A stretch of DNA of 64,000 nucleotides from an uncultured bacterium (GCA_963822585.1 CAWGIE010000019.1:288001-352000); one strand, 5' to 3'. Shown: positions 9,415-20,195, counted from the first letter of the stretch. Translations and numbers: made by a program. Notes: generated by a model from the letters alone, not told the origin.

Positions 9415-9727
9415 AGCCGCAAAAATGCGCAAAAATCGCAAAAGCTCCCACCGCCCTGCCCCCTTATACTAATACTAACAAATATCGAATAATGAATATC
9501 GAACTTCGAAGGTTCGCCTTGTCTCGGTTCTTTTACTTCGACATTCGGTGTTCGATATTCTACAGTTCGTTATTCGCTTTTCTCCCCGCCTCTCCCCTTT
9601 TTTGACAGGACGATTTTGGGACGAGACGATTTCCCTTGGAGTAAAGAAGAAGACATCGAAGATTTAGTTGGACGTTCGATGTTCAGTTTTTCCCATCACT
9701 CCACCAATCCAATACTCCATCACTCCC
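9415..9727. repeat. Stack of 9-, 7- and 8-mer repeat arms
   Basis: GCCGCAAAA arm, AATATCG...CGATATT heptamer cassette, and CCATCACT octamers. Confidence 0.7.
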
Positions 9728-9789
9728 TGTCGCTTATACCTTTAGCACTGACGGTGCTTCATCTGTTGAAAATGTATTTCTCCTAATTA

Positions 9790-10500
9790 TCAATAACCCT
9801 TAAAGTTCTCGCTGATCACCTGTTCCGGCGGCAGTTTCAGGTCATTCCTGAGCATGGAAACGATCGCTTCGACCATTTTCGGCGGCCCGCAGACATAAAA
9901 GACCCAATCGGCGAAATCGGGGATCTCTTCCCTGATCACCTCGGAGCAGATCCGCCCCCGGCGGACCGTCCAGCCTTTGAGCGGCTTCTTTTCGGTCACC
10001 GTCAGGCTAACCGAAAGGTTGGGATTCCGTGCTTCCATCTCCCTGAAATCATCGAGGAAGACGAAATCCGCGCAGCTCCGGGCAGAGTAAATGACCCGGG
10101 CCCGGGAAGAGGAACCGGTATCGGTCAAATAGCGGCAGATGCTCCGGATAGGAGTGATGCCGATTCCGCCGGAAAGAAAAGCCGCCCGGGGTGACTGCCC
10201 ATCGAAGATGAACTGTCCGAGGGGAAGCTTCATCCTCACCCGGGCACCCGGCCTCAGGGAGAGGAGGGCCTGACAATATTCACTTTCGGAGAGCTTCTTG
10301 GTGAACTCCAGGTATCCCTTCTCGGTGGGTGAACTGGAAAAAGAGAAATAATGGTCGATCTCCTCTCCTTTCCAATTCAGGTAGAGCTGGAGAAATTGCC
10401 CGGGACGAAAATCAATCCCTTTCCGGTTGAACCGGAAACTGGTGACGTTATAAGTCCGTTTGATGACTTCGGTCAGGTCGGTCTCTATCTCATGGAACAT
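9790..10500 (-). CDS. FNR-like FAD/NAD(P)-binding oxidoreductase
   Basis: FRPGQF, SGGIGITP, YVCGPPKMV and C-terminal ENF. Confidence 0.9.
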   Translation of the reverse strand: MFHEIETDLTEVIKRTYNVTSFRFNRKGIDFRPGQFLQLYLNWKGEEIDHYFSFSSSPTEKGYLEFTKKLSESEYCQALLSLRPGARVRMKLPLGQFIFDGQSPRAAFLSGGIGITPIRSICRYLTDTGSSSRARVIYSARSCADFVFLDDFREMEARNPNLSVSLTVTEKKPLKGWTVRRGRICSEVIREEIPDFADWVFYVCGPPKMVEAIVSMLRNDLKLPPEQVISENFKGY

Positions 10501-10543
10501 GCGGGATCTCCTCGTTTATCTGCGACTAGTTAATGAATTTTTC

Positions 10544-10650
10544 GCCACGAAGGATACGAAGAATATTTGGGGAAGGGGGATTAGGGAGTGGGGAGTTGAA
10601 GCCATTCACCACTCTCCAATCCCTATTCTCTATATCGTGTCCTTCGTGGT
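10544..10650. mobile_element. 107-bp ACCACGAAG cassette, subtype with GGGGAAT/GGGGAGT heptamer core (copy 1)
   Basis: Highly similar to 27813-27919 and to the outer parts of 36165-36529. Confidence 0.8.
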
Positions 10651-10696
10651 TTAAAAAATATACGGATCAAAAGAGAACTCATAGATCCGGTTTGAA

Positions 10697-12118
10697 TCAC
10701 CGGTTGCAGAGGCGGGCCATGAGGCCCAGCAGTTTGCCTTTCCATCCGGCCAGAAGCTTCTCGTAAAACGTATCGGCGACTTTCCGGTTAAGACGGGAGA
10801 AGGTGGGATAAACGTGTATGAGGCCGGAGACGGCCGTCACCGGTATCCTCTCCTGCATGGCCAGCACCCATTCATGGATCAGCTCGCCGGCCCGGTCGGC
10901 GACGATGGCCGCGCCCAGAATCTCTCCCTTCTTCCCGCAGATAACCTTGGCCATCCCCTCGGTCTCTCCATCGGTTACCGCCCGATCGACGTCGGAACAG
11001 GGAAATCGGAGTACACGGTAGGGAAGCCCCGATTGTTTCGCCTCGTTTTCGGAGAGGCCGACCCGGGCCAGCTCCGGGTCGGTGAAGGTGCACCAGGGAA
11101 CCACCCGGTAATCGACCTTTTTACGGAACGGGAAGAGTGCGTTCTGGACCACGATCCTCGCCTCATATTCGGCCACATGGGTGAAGAGAAATTTATCTTT
11201 CACATCCCCGACCGCCCAGATGTTCCCGGCGGTTGTCCGGAGGTGGTCGTCCACGGAGATACCCTTCGGGCTATACTCGACCCCCGCTTTTTCGAGGTCG
11301 AGGCCTTCAACGTTGGCGGCACGGCCCAGGGCGACCAGGATCCCGGCGGCGCGGACCTCGTGTTTCTCGCCGTTCTTCTCGTAGGCAACGACTTTTTCGC
11401 CCCCTTCCGACCGGACTTCTACTATATCGACGCCGGTGGCAAACGCGGCGCCTTCCCTCTCCAGGCGCTTCCGGACCACCTCAACCATGTCTTCATCTTC
11501 CCGGGGCATGATCTGCGGCGCCTTGTCAAGCACCGTGACCGCTGACCCGAGGCGAATGAAAGCCTGGCAAAGTTCGATCGAGATCGGGCCGCCGCCGATA
11601 TGAATCAGGGAAGAAGGCAGGCTCTCCATCTGAAAAATATCTTCATTGGAGATGTATCCGGTATCTTCCAGGCCCGGGATGGGAAAGACATGGGGATGCC
11701 CCCCGGTGGCGATAACGAATTTTTTACTCTCCATGACCCGCTCGCCGACCCGGATATGGTGGGGGTCGAGGAACCGGGGCGCGCCGAAAACCACCTCCAC
11801 CCCCTTTTCGCGGAAACGTTCCGGGGCATCATGCTCGGCAACCACGGCCTGGACCGCCCGGAGTTTTTCCAGGACGGCGGCGGTGGAGAAGGACGGGTCC
11901 ATCCGGTTGAACCCGAATCGGTCGGCTGACCTGACAGCGGCGGCGACCCTGGCGGCGTGGAGAAGTGTTTTGCTGGGGACACAGCCCGTCCAGAGGCAGT
12001 CCCCTCCCAATTTATTCTTCTCGACCAGGGCGACCCGGAGACCGAGCCGGGCGGCCCCGAGAGCCGCGACCAGCCCCCCCGATCCTCCGCCGAGAACGAT
12101 AAGGTGGTAGGCGGCCAT
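10697..12118 (-). CDS. Flavin pyridine nucleotide-disulfide oxidoreductase (MerA/LpdA-like)
   Basis: GGGSGG, GGDCLWTGCVPSK and HVYPT; no C-terminal Cys-Cys pair. Confidence 0.9.
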   Translation of the reverse strand: MAAYHLIVLGGGSGGLVAALGAARLGLRVALVEKNKLGGDCLWTGCVPSKTLLHAARVAAAVRSADRFGFNRMDPSFSTAAVLEKLRAVQAVVAEHDAPERFREKGVEVVFGAPRFLDPHHIRVGERVMESKKFVIATGGHPHVFPIPGLEDTGYISNEDIFQMESLPSSLIHIGGGPISIELCQAFIRLGSAVTVLDKAPQIMPREDEDMVEVVRKRLEREGAAFATGVDIVEVRSEGGEKVVAYEKNGEKHEVRAAGILVALGRAANVEGLDLEKAGVEYSPKGISVDDHLRTTAGNIWAVGDVKDKFLFTHVAEYEARIVVQNALFPFRKKVDYRVVPWCTFTDPELARVGLSENEAKQSGLPYRVLRFPCSDVDRAVTDGETEGMAKVICGKKGEILGAAIVADRAGELIHEWVLAMQERIPVTAVSGLIHVYPTFSRLNRKVADTFYEKLLAGWKGKLLGLMARLCNR

Positions 12119-12151
12119 TGTTAACTCCTTGTTCAGGGATAGCATCCCGGA

Positions 12152-12961
12152 TTACGGTTTCTCGTTTAAATCCCAGTTATAGGGCAGATACTCGATCTTA
12201 TATTCTTTTACCGGATCCAGGTCCGGGCGATATTTTAAGATGAAAGCCTTGACCCCGCCGGCGGCCGTAAAGTCGTCTTCGAACCAGTCGAATATCTTGG
12301 AGACGACCAGATGATCTCCTTCCGGCCGCACTCCTTTGGCCGGGTTCCGGAGAAACTCCCCGGTATTATCATCAAGCTGGCCGTAAACCGCACCGGGGAG
12401 GTATACCTCTTTGCGCAAGTTGGGGCAGGAGAGGGATGCGCAGACTATGGCGAAGTGGATCCTCGGCTCGTTAAACTGCTTTCTGAGAATATCATGCTCG
12501 ATCTCGTTCAGTGTATACTCCTTCCCGCCGATCTTCCCGGCATCTTTCTTCCAGACCGAGGTAAAAAGTGATCCGATATCCTTGATACTCTCCACGGGAT
12601 AATGTTCCACCACCAGCTTTACGGCCAGAAAATTATAGGCGTTGATCCAGAAAGCAAGAGCATCCGGCCCCGGTTTGAGAGTGGGCGTGGAAAATCGCTC
12701 CAGACGATCGACCATTTTCGTGAAGGCGGGGTCTCTCTTAATCGCCGGGTAGTCGAGGACCGTCAACTCGATCCCCTCCTTCTCCGTCCGTGAAAGATAT
12801 TTTCCGAGCAGGGTCTGGTAGGGTTGCCAGAAATCCACTTGGTCGGCCAGGACGATGTCTTTTACCGCATCAGCGCCGGCGGACGCGAAGGGAGGGAGCA
12901 TTCCCATGGATACAATAAGCATAACGCCGAAAAGAATATATCCCCGCGAGAGTTCGGTCAT
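12152..12961 (-). CDS. DUF547 domain secreted protein
   Basis: LAFWINAYN, LNEIEH, PRIHFAIVCASLSCP and YNWDLN. ATG at 12961 overlaps the TVP38 stop. Confidence 0.9.
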   Translation of the reverse strand: MTELSRGYILFGVMLIVSMGMLPPFASAGADAVKDIVLADQVDFWQPYQTLLGKYLSRTEKEGIELTVLDYPAIKRDPAFTKMVDRLERFSTPTLKPGPDALAFWINAYNFLAVKLVVEHYPVESIKDIGSLFTSVWKKDAGKIGGKEYTLNEIEHDILRKQFNEPRIHFAIVCASLSCPNLRKEVYLPGAVYGQLDDNTGEFLRNPAKGVRPEGDHLVVSKIFDWFEDDFTAAGGVKAFILKYRPDLDPVKEYKIEYLPYNWDLNEKP

Positions 12962-13698
12962 GATCTTTCCTCCCCGGTTGCTCCAGCCTCTTTTCGAAAA
13001 CACACGCCGCCGGGACAGGTGTTCGCCAGCGCCCGGCGAGCGACACGGGTTATGTAGACAGTGACGGCGGCCGTGGCTACGAAACCGGCGATCTTCAAGA
13101 TCAACTGTCCTGTTTCGGCCCCCGTCGTAACGGAGTTGCCCAGGGAACCGATATAGACATACATGATCGTGCCGGGAAGCATGCCGATCCAGGAGGCGAA
13201 AAAATACCGGGAGAGGCGCACTCCGGTCAGGCCGTAGGCATAATTGAGAAGGGTAAAGGGGAAGACCGGCGAGAGGCGCGTAAGCAGGACGATAAGGAAA
13301 CCCCGCTGCCCGACCGCATCGTCGATGCTCTTGAACCGCGGATTGTTCTCCACCCTGCGGGCGATGGCATCCCGGGCCAGGTAGCGGCCGATCAGGAAGG
13401 CGGCCGTCGCGCCCAGGATGGAGCCGATCGAGACCAGGATCGTTCCGCCGACCAGGCCGTAAACCAGGCCCGCGGCCAGGGTGATGAGCCAGGCCGGACC
13501 GGCCAGAACGGTCAGGACAATATAGACTATAATGAAGATAAGGTATCCGAAGGTCCCCTGTCCCTCGATCCAGGTGATGAGACCGTTCTCCCCGACCAGC
13601 CATTCCTTGACCGGCAGCATCTTGAAAGCAACGACCAGGCCGGCCAGGATGATAAGAAGGATAAGAATTTTAAGGGCCGTTTCCCTTTTTACCTCCAT
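12958..13698 (-). CDS. TVP38/TMEM64 (DedA/VTT) membrane protein
   Basis: GATAAFLIGRYL and RLSPVFPFTLLNYAYG motifs. Confidence 0.92.
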   Translation of the reverse strand: MEVKRETALKILILLIILAGLVVAFKMLPVKEWLVGENGLITWIEGQGTFGYLIFIIVYIVLTVLAGPAWLITLAAGLVYGLVGGTILVSIGSILGATAAFLIGRYLARDAIARRVENNPRFKSIDDAVGQRGFLIVLLTRLSPVFPFTLLNYAYGLTGVRLSRYFFASWIGMLPGTIMYVYIGSLGNSVTTGAETGQLILKIAGFVATAAVTVYITRVARRALANTCPGGVCFRKEAGATGEERS

Positions 13699-13723
13699 AT
13701 CTTCAGGCTCCCTTCAAACCTCA

Positions 13724-15265
13724 TCACAACGTGAACCAGCTCCGTCCTTCTTTCGCAAGCAGCACGGCCGCCTCGTCCGGACCCCAGGTCCCGGCGGGAT
13801 AGTTGGGAAAACCGGTGGGAGGTACCGCCTCCCAACAGTCGATGATGGGATCGACAATATCCCACTGCGCTTCCACCCCGTCCCGGCGGATGAAGAGCGT
13901 CATGTCGCCCTTCATGCAGTCGATCAGGAGACGCTGATAAGGCGGTCGGTTTTTCATCTTGAATGCCGCCTGGTAGTCGAACTCCATCGTCACCGGATAG
14001 ATTACGTTCCGAGCCCGGGGATACTTGACGCCGAAATGGAGAAAGATTTCTTCCCGGGGCTGGATGGTGAGAACAAGCGTGTTGGGATGAAGTGTTTCGC
14101 AGGTCCGGCTGAAGAGCCGCAGAGGAGGCTGCTTGAACTGGATACAGATCTGGGTAACACGGCGGGGGAGGCGCTTCCCCGCCCGGATATAGAACGGAAC
14201 GCCGGCCCAGCGCCAGGAATCGATCAGGAGCCGGGCGGCGATGAAGGTGGGCGTCAGGGAATCCGGAGAGACCGCCGCTTCCTCCCGGTAAGCGGCGACC
14301 GCCGATCCGTCCACGTTCCCCGGGCCGTACTGGCCCCGGACCGCGAAGTCGTCGACGGTTTTTTCATCCATCACCCGGATCGATCGGAATATCTTGACCT
14401 TCTCGTCCCGGATATAATCGGCCTGGAAGCCGACCGGTGGCTCCATGGCAACCAGGGCGACGAGCTGAAGCATGTGGTTCTGGACGATATCCCGCACCAC
14501 GCCGGCATGCTCGTAAAATGAGCCGCGGTGCCCGATTCCGATACTCTCCGCCACGGTTATCTGGACGTTGTCGACATAGCGGCGATTCCAGAGTGGCTCG
14601 AAGATGGAGTTCGCGAAACGGAAGAAGATGATGTTTTGGACGGTCTCCTTCCCCAGGTAGTGATCGATCCGGTATATCTGTCTCTCATCAAAGGCTTCCA
14701 GGATCGCGCGATTGAGCGTTTCCGCGGTCGCACGGTTATCTCCGAAAGGTTTTTCGATGATAATTTTGGTATCGAACCGCTCCCGGCAGAGCTGGTGGGC
14801 GGCCAGCCGGCGGACGATGACCGGGAAGCAGGAAGGGGGAACCGCCATGTAATAGATCACAGGCCGCTTCGCCTCTCCCTGCCGGGCGCCGCAGAGACGG
14901 TTCAGCTCTCTCACCAGTTTCTCATAGTTCGCGTCTGTATCGAAATCCCCGGGGAGATACTCGAGATGGGGGGCAAACTCATCCCACTTCTCCTGATTGA
15001 AAGGTTCTTCTCCGAACTCACGGACGGCTTCGCCGACCAGCTTCCGGTAGCCGGGAGAGTCTATCTCGGGGAGGCCGAAACCGACGATGGAGAAATCCTC
15101 CGGGAGGTCACCCTCCCGGAAGATGTGAAAGAGGGTGGGGAGGAGTTTGCGGCGGCTCAGGTCGCCCGCGCCGCCAAAGATCACCATGGTGAAGGGCGCG
15201 ATCCGGGAGTCGTCGAGGGGGATATCGCAGGTCTGCAGCAGAGTATTATTATCCATATCGTTCAT
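13724..15265 (-). CDS. zwf: Glucose-6-phosphate 1-dehydrogenase
   Basis: [17 protein letters not shown] and RIDHYLGKE; start codon uncertain. Confidence 0.96.
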   Translation of the reverse strand: MNDMDNNTLLQTCDIPLDDSRIAPFTMVIFGGAGDLSRRKLLPTLFHIFREGDLPEDFSIVGFGLPEIDSPGYRKLVGEAVREFGEEPFNQEKWDEFAPHLEYLPGDFDTDANYEKLVRELNRLCGARQGEAKRPVIYYMAVPPSCFPVIVRRLAAHQLCRERFDTKIIIEKPFGDNRATAETLNRAILEAFDERQIYRIDHYLGKETVQNIIFFRFANSIFEPLWNRRYVDNVQITVAESIGIGHRGSFYEHAGVVRDIVQNHMLQLVALVAMEPPVGFQADYIRDEKVKIFRSIRVMDEKTVDDFAVRGQYGPGNVDGSAVAAYREEAAVSPDSLTPTFIAARLLIDSWRWAGVPFYIRAGKRLPRRVTQICIQFKQPPLRLFSRTCETLHPNTLVLTIQPREEIFLHFGVKYPRARNVIYPVTMEFDYQAAFKMKNRPPYQRLLIDCMKGDMTLFIRRDGVEAQWDIVDPIIDCWEAVPPTGFPNYPAGTWGPDEAAVLLAKEGRSWFTL

Positions 15266-15303
15266 TCTATCTGATGTTCCTAGACTGTGCAAAACATAGT
15301 ATA

Positions 15304-15330
15304 ACCACGAAGGACACGAAGAACACGAAG
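15304..15330 (+). repeat. Solo ACCACGAAG arm; a second degenerate solo arm lies at 16038-16055
   Basis: Exact ACCACGAAGGACACGAAGAACACGAAG with no inverted partner nearby. Confidence 0.8.
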
Positions 15331-15351
15331 AAAAGAAAAATATCAGGGAAC

Positions 15352-16023
15352 TCAGTCAGGGTATAGTTCACTGATGACCTGCCTGGTATGGGGTGGAATG
15401 ACTCTATCGGAAGGTTCCCCACCCGAGGCGAAGGTGTCCAGATCACTTACCCGGTCAATGTCAGCCAGCTCTTCAAGAAGTTGAAACGAACATCCCTCAC
15501 GTTTCAAGGCCGCAATGGTTTTACACAAGACCGCTTTTGTCCCCCACTCGATGCCGGTGAAGAGTTCGGGGAACTCATGGGATAATCCAACCAGATAATA
15601 TCCGCCGTCCCGGGCCGGGCCCAGGACGGCGGGACAGTCCTCCAGGGCGGCAAAGGCATCGCGGAGATCGGCGGCCGCCAGGAGCGGGCAGTCGGAGCCG
15701 ATCAAAACGATCTTCTGAAAACGGCGCTGAAAATATCGCCGGAAGGCGGCGACCATTCTCGCTCCCAGATCGTCGCCCTGCTGGGGGAAACAATCGACGG
15801 CTCCGGGGGCCACGGTATGGAAATACGGTCCCGCGCCTTCTCCCCGATACCCGACGGCGAAAGGACGCCCCGTTGCCCGGAGCGTGTCGAGCGTGTCCAG
15901 CAGAAAGGCCTCATAGAGCCGGGCGGCCTGTTCCGGACCGATACCCGCCGCCAGCCGGGTTTTGACCCTGCCGGGGACGGGTTCTCGAGCGAACAATATT
16001 AGGATTTCAGAATTTTTCACCAA
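15352..16023 (-). CDS. TIGR04282/DUF2064-like transferase (arsenosugar/rSAM-selenodomain-associated)
   Basis: [26 protein letters not shown] and [13 protein letters not shown]. Confidence 0.9.
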   Translation of the reverse strand: MVKNSEILILFAREPVPGRVKTRLAAGIGPEQAARLYEAFLLDTLDTLRATGRPFAVGYRGEGAGPYFHTVAPGAVDCFPQQGDDLGARMVAAFRRYFQRRFQKIVLIGSDCPLLAAADLRDAFAALEDCPAVLGPARDGGYYLVGLSHEFPELFTGIEWGTKAVLCKTIAALKREGCSFQLLEELADIDRVSDLDTFASGGEPSDRVIPPHTRQVISELYPD

Positions 16024-16064
16024 AACATATTTTATTCACCGCGAAGAACACGAAGAATAAAAAC

Positions 16065-16328
16065 AAATAATAAATCACAAGCACCAAATAACAAACAAAT
16101 CACAATTTCAAAATTACAATGACCGAAACATCCAAACGACGGCGTGGCATTGGCCATCTTTACTTCTCGAAGAGTGTAGTTAATATCTTTGTTTGCTCAT
16201 TAGCTTCCTTGCAGCTTTGGCAAACTGGACGTTCCGCTTCGGGACCATATTTCGACCCGTGGTTTGTGATTTTGGTCATTAGGTATTTGGAATTTATTTG
16301 TCATTTGGAATTTGTGATTTGGAATTTT
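16065..16328. repeat. Heptamer-arm inverted-repeat cassette (AAATCAC/AAATTCC type)
   Basis: Complementary heptamer arms at 16065-16129 and 16262-16328. Confidence 0.75.
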
Positions 16329-16383
16329 ACTCGAAAATAATTTATTACAATGTCTGAGTTATTGCCCGAACATACAGTAATGA

Positions 16384-17088
16384 TTACCCTATCACTCCAT
16401 AGATTCGGGCCAGGATATCGGGGGAGACGCCGAGACGGAAGAGGAGCGGGAGGGCCTTGAGTTTGATGAAATTGCCCAGAAGGTTCTTTTCCCATCGGCG
16501 GCCCGATACCCGGACAATGCCGTCCACCAGCATGATCTTTCCCTCCCGGGAGAGCCGGCGGGAGAAATCGAGGTCCTCCATGACCGGATAGTCACGGAAA
16601 CCACCGATGCGTCCAAAGATCGGGCGGGGAAGAAAGAGAGCCTGGTCCCCGTAGGGACGCCGTGTAAAGCGGGAACGCCAGTCGGCGGTCCGGACCAGTG
16701 CCTTGAACAGCCGGGTATGGGGCTGATCAAGGACCGTCTCGATCTTGAAGGCCCCACCGACCACGCCCGGGACCGAGAGCGCCGCGGCAATCAGGCCGGC
16801 TGTTTTGAAGGGGAGTATGGCGTCAGCATGAAGAAAGAGCAGCACTTCCCCCGCGGCGGCCTGCGCCCCCCGGTTCATCTGCCGACCTCTGCCAGGTGAA
16901 CCGGTAACAATGATGACTTCCGGATATATCCGTGCCAGCTCCAAAGTCCGGTCACAGCTCCCCCCGTCGGAGACGATGATCTCAGCCTCCCGGCCGGGGA
17001 AAACCTGGCGCACGTTATCCAGAGTGAGGCCGATCCTTTTCTCCTCGTTCAACGAGGGAATAACTACGCTCAGCCAGGGAGAATTCAT
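16384..17088 (-). CDS. TIGR04283-like GT2 glycosyltransferase
   Basis: SVVIPSLNEE, DGGSCD, GRGRQMNRGA, FLHAD, YGDQA, MED and SGRRW. Confidence 0.92.
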   Translation of the reverse strand: MNSPWLSVVIPSLNEEKRIGLTLDNVRQVFPGREAEIIVSDGGSCDRTLELARIYPEVIIVTGSPGRGRQMNRGAQAAAGEVLLFLHADAILPFKTAGLIAAALSVPGVVGGAFKIETVLDQPHTRLFKALVRTADWRSRFTRRPYGDQALFLPRPIFGRIGGFRDYPVMEDLDFSRRLSREGKIMLVDGIVRVSGRRWEKNLLGNFIKLKALPLLFRLGVSPDILARIYGVIG

Positions 17089-17115
17089 GATAGAACTTAG
17101 CGCCTGCGGCGCTAC

Positions 17116-17304
17116 TAATGACGAAATCCGAATGACGAATGACGAATGAAATCCAAATGACAAATGAACCAATTCTCAATTTCCTTTCTGCTCCGCGGCG
17201 CGGGCAATGGAGGCGCATTTGGTCATCCGCCTTCGCGAGAGCGCCGAAGCCGCTCCGGCGGCGGCGCGTTGGTATTTGTTTTTCGTCATTCTTTCGTCAT
17301 TCAT
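17116..17304. repeat. Heptamer-arm cassette (AATGACG / CGTCATT)
   Basis: Tandem GAATGAC arm and its complement. Confidence 0.7.
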
Positions 17305-17427
17305 GTTGTTTTTACTAATTTATTGAAATTCCGAAGCGGAAACGAGGGAGCGTCCCCGTTAAAATCGGCCGGGGGGGGGAAATATTCGGAGGGAGGGACT
17401 CCTCCCTGACTGACGACCGGGAGCGAT

Positions 17428-17703
17428 CTACTTGAAATTGTGTTTTATGTAATGGTCCGGGTTGACCCCGATGTACTCAGGACAGAAGACCTTCTTGCCA
17501 TCGCACATGGGGCAGTCGTGTCCCACCCTATCTCGAAATTTTTTCCTGATCGCCGACGAGGCCGCGAGGTAATTTGCCCCGGCCGGATCAAGGGCGTTTT
17601 CTTCCCCGCTGGCGGCAAGCTTGTTGAGGCAGATCTGTTCTTTGCTGATCTCTGTAGCTGCCTCATCACCCTTATTCCGCAGATGTCGAAAAAAGCGCAT
17701 CAT
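17428..17703 (-). CDS. Small hypothetical protein with CxxC
   Basis: CPMC plus further Cys/His residues; plausible AGAGAG RBS. Confidence 0.5.
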   Translation of the reverse strand: MMRFFRHLRNKGDEAATEISKEQICLNKLAASGEENALDPAGANYLAASSAIRKKFRDRVGHDCPMCDGKKVFCPEYIGVNPDHYIKHNFK

Positions 17704-17964
17704 CGGCTCTCTAAGGTAGTGGGCTTAACCCGATTTATTCATAAATCGGGTTAGTTTTGAACCATGACCAAGCTTACATGAACAGCCACACGAAAAAATA
17801 TTAATTTTATCAAATTCTCCGGCAATGAATTACAGCCAAAGGCCCGCTTCTGCCGACCGCGTTAACAGGAAGAATACCATGTCCCCCTTTCGGAGAAGAA
17901 AAAGCAGAGTGCTGTCGCCGCATAAACAAGATCGCTATTCATACTATATTGAACGACAATTAGT

Positions 17965-18013
17965 AACCTGGATTATTCATGATAATTTTCAATTTTCATG
18001 AATAATCCAGGTT
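17965..18013. repeat. Perfect 18-bp inverted repeat AACCTGGATTATTCATGA; related copy at 52842-52886
   Basis: Read directly from the sequence. Confidence 0.75.
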
Positions 18014-18268
18014 AAGGCCTTCTCCCTCAGGGCTCCAAGTGCATGAAGCCAATTGCTAAAAAGATGTTACCCCAAACAACCGGAGAATGTCACGAAAAAT
18101 ACAGCGAACCGCTCTTCGGATTACTGTCCGTTGAACCGTGACTCCTTGCTATAAACGTCAAAAGTATCTGGTGAATAATACGGGATGGTCGTATAATCCC
18201 TGCGGCCCCCGGGGCTCGGTTTAGCCGGATCTGATGTTTTAATCACTTTTCTTTTCAGCGGATAGACG

Positions 18269-19024
18269 ATGTTTCTCTACGGGAAAAACTCGGTTGCTGA
18301 GCGTCTGAAGATCAATCCCGGCAGTATCAGGAAGATCTATCTTCGGGATAACCTCCGGGACCCGGAACTGGCCGGTATTGTCCGCGCCAGCGGTATCCCA
18401 TTCGATTTCGCCGGGGAGAAGGAAATAAACCGGTTCGCGGGGACCGAACGGCGGCAGGCAATCGCGGCCGAAGTGGACGATTACCGCTATACACCCTACC
18501 TGGAACTGATGCAGAACGGGCAGTACCCCAGACGCACGCTCCTCTTCCTGGACCGGGTGAGCGACCCCCAGAATCTGGGGGCCGTTATTCGGACCGCCGC
18601 CTGCTTCGGAGGATTCGCCATCGTCTTGCCCCGGCATGAGGCCTGCGGGGTGACCGAGACCGTCCTCCATGTCGCTGCCGGCGGAGAAAACTACGTGCCG
18701 GTGGCAATCGTCACCAACCTCTCCCGGGCGCTGAGAGAAGCCAAGAAGGGAGGCTTCTGGACAGCGGGAGCGGTGACGGGCGGCGGCAGCGTCGTATCCC
18801 GGACCGATCTTCCTTTCCCGCTCTGCCTGGTCATCGGCTCGGAAGGGAGCGGGATACGGTACGGGGTGGGGAAACAGCTTGATCTCATCGTCACTCTCCC
18901 CATGGAGGGGGCCGCTCTTTCTTTCAACGCGGCGGCGGCCGCCGCGATTTTCTGCTACGAGATCACCCGGCAGAGAGCCGGGCGGGAAACATCAAACGGC
19001 AACCGGGGTGCCGGTAATGAATAA
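18269..19024 (+). CDS. TrmH/SpoU-family RNA methyltransferase (RlmB-like)
   Basis: [19 protein letters not shown] and SFNAAAA. Confidence 0.9.
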   Translation: MFLYGKNSVAERLKINPGSIRKIYLRDNLRDPELAGIVRASGIPFDFAGEKEINRFAGTERRQAIAAEVDDYRYTPYLELMQNGQYPRRTLLFLDRVSDPQNLGAVIRTAACFGGFAIVLPRHEACGVTETVLHVAAGGENYVPVAIVTNLSRALREAKKGGFWTAGAVTGGGSVVSRTDLPFPLCLVIGSEGSGIRYGVGKQLDLIVTLPMEGAALSFNAAAAAAIFCYEITRQRAGRETSNGNRGAGNE

Positions 19025-19538
19025 AATGCACGTAATGATGGACAGGGTGTTGAAAGAGTTCAAAGAGTTCGCCATGCGCGGGAACGTGGTCGACATGGCG
19101 GTCGGCATCATCGTCGGCGGAGCGTTCGGCACTATCGTAAAAAGTTTGGTCTCCGATATACTGATGCCCCCGTTCGGCCTTCTCCTGGGAGGGATCGATT
19201 TCTCCAACTTCTTCGTTGTTCTCAAGCACGGCACTCCGGCCGGACCTTACGCCGCCCTGGCGGACGCCCGGACGGCCGGCGCGGTCACGATCAACTACGG
19301 GGTGTTCGTGGACAACATCATCAGCTTTCTCATTGTCGCGATCGCCGTCTTCATGCTGATCAAGGGTCTCAACAAACTCCAGCGGGAGGTTGACGAGGCG
19401 CCGCCGGAACCGACGACCCGGCAGTGCCCCTTCTGCGTGAGTACCATCTCCATCCAGGCGACCCGGTGCCCTTACTGCACCTCCGACCTTACCGCCCCCG
19501 GAACCCCGCCGGAAGACTCTCCACCCGCGAACCCGTGA
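19017..19538 (+). CDS. mscL: Large-conductance mechanosensitive channel with C-terminal CxxC..CxxC
   Basis: [24 protein letters not shown]; start may be 19035. Confidence 0.93.
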   Translation: MNKMHVMMDRVLKEFKEFAMRGNVVDMAVGIIVGGAFGTIVKSLVSDILMPPFGLLLGGIDFSNFFVVLKHGTPAGPYAALADARTAGAVTINYGVFVDNIISFLIVAIAVFMLIKGLNKLQREVDEAPPEPTTRQCPFCVSTISIQATRCPYCTSDLTAPGTPPEDSPPANP

Positions 19539-19547
19539 TTCGCCGGA

Positions 19548-20195
19548 TTATTTCCCCTCTTCAGTTTCCGGCGCCGGGGCTTTCGCGGGAACGTCCTTTT
19601 CGAACGCGGTGAAAATCTTCCGCAACCCTTCTTCCCAGCCCGTAACTAGGGCGTCGGCGGTAGCGACCGGGATGGATATTTCTTCCCGGTAGGATTTGCT
19701 GAAGACGATCAGCGGCTCCAGCGGGCGGACATCCATGAGCAGGAAGTCAACCATGATAACCGCCCGGGGATTTACCTTGTCCCGGAAATCACCGTACATC
19801 TCCACCAGGTTCCCTTCGATGACGTAGGTCGGTCTCAGCCGGCTTGCCCGGTCGATGACGGCCCGGGCGCGGCCCGAGTCCTCCAGCCATTCGGAGGTGA
19901 GGGCCCTGATCTGTTCGCCCGGCAGTATAAAAAAAACATTGTAAAAGTCGGACTCGAAGATCGAGTCCCCGGTCCGGTACACGAACTCCGTGTTCTCGTA
20001 GCCGGGAGAGGCCCGGAAGAGCTGGACCTGGACGATCGGTCCATCCTCCAGCGGCGGCAGCGCGGTTTCCGGTTTCACTTCCAGAACGTAATATTTCCGG
20101 ACGGGATAATCCCTCTGGAGGTTGACACACCCGCAGAGCAATCCGAGTGTGACGAACCAGGCGACAGCGACGACGCAGGTATTTTTCTTTTTCAT
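19548..20195 (-). CDS. PqiC-like ABC auxiliary lipoprotein
   Basis: Lipobox LLCGC; last gene of the MCE operon. Confidence 0.8.
   Translation of the reverse strand: MKKKNTCVVAVAWFVTLGLLCGCVNLQRDYPVRKYYVLEVKPETALPPLEDGPIVQVQLFRASPGYENTEFVYRTGDSIFESDFYNVFFILPGEQIRALTSEWLEDSGRARAVIDRASRLRPTYVIEGNLVEMYGDFRDKVNPRAVIMVDFLLMDVRPLEPLIVFSKSYREEISIPVATADALVTGWEEGLRKIFTAFEKDVPAKAPAPETEEGK

Noticed and set aside
10697..12118. True mercuric reductase merA
   Set aside because: No C-terminal Cys-Cys pair, no NmerA domain and no mer operon genes.
12962..13603. N-terminal extension of the 483-aa ORF (DUF547 fusion)
   Set aside because: It is an alternate-frame overlap with the TVP38 gene. The real start is the coupled ATG at 12961.
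7026..17703. Integron cassette array (genes separated by palindromes)
   Set aside because: No integrase and no consistent RYYYAAC...GTTRRRY attC ends. The spacers belong to the dispersed repeat families.
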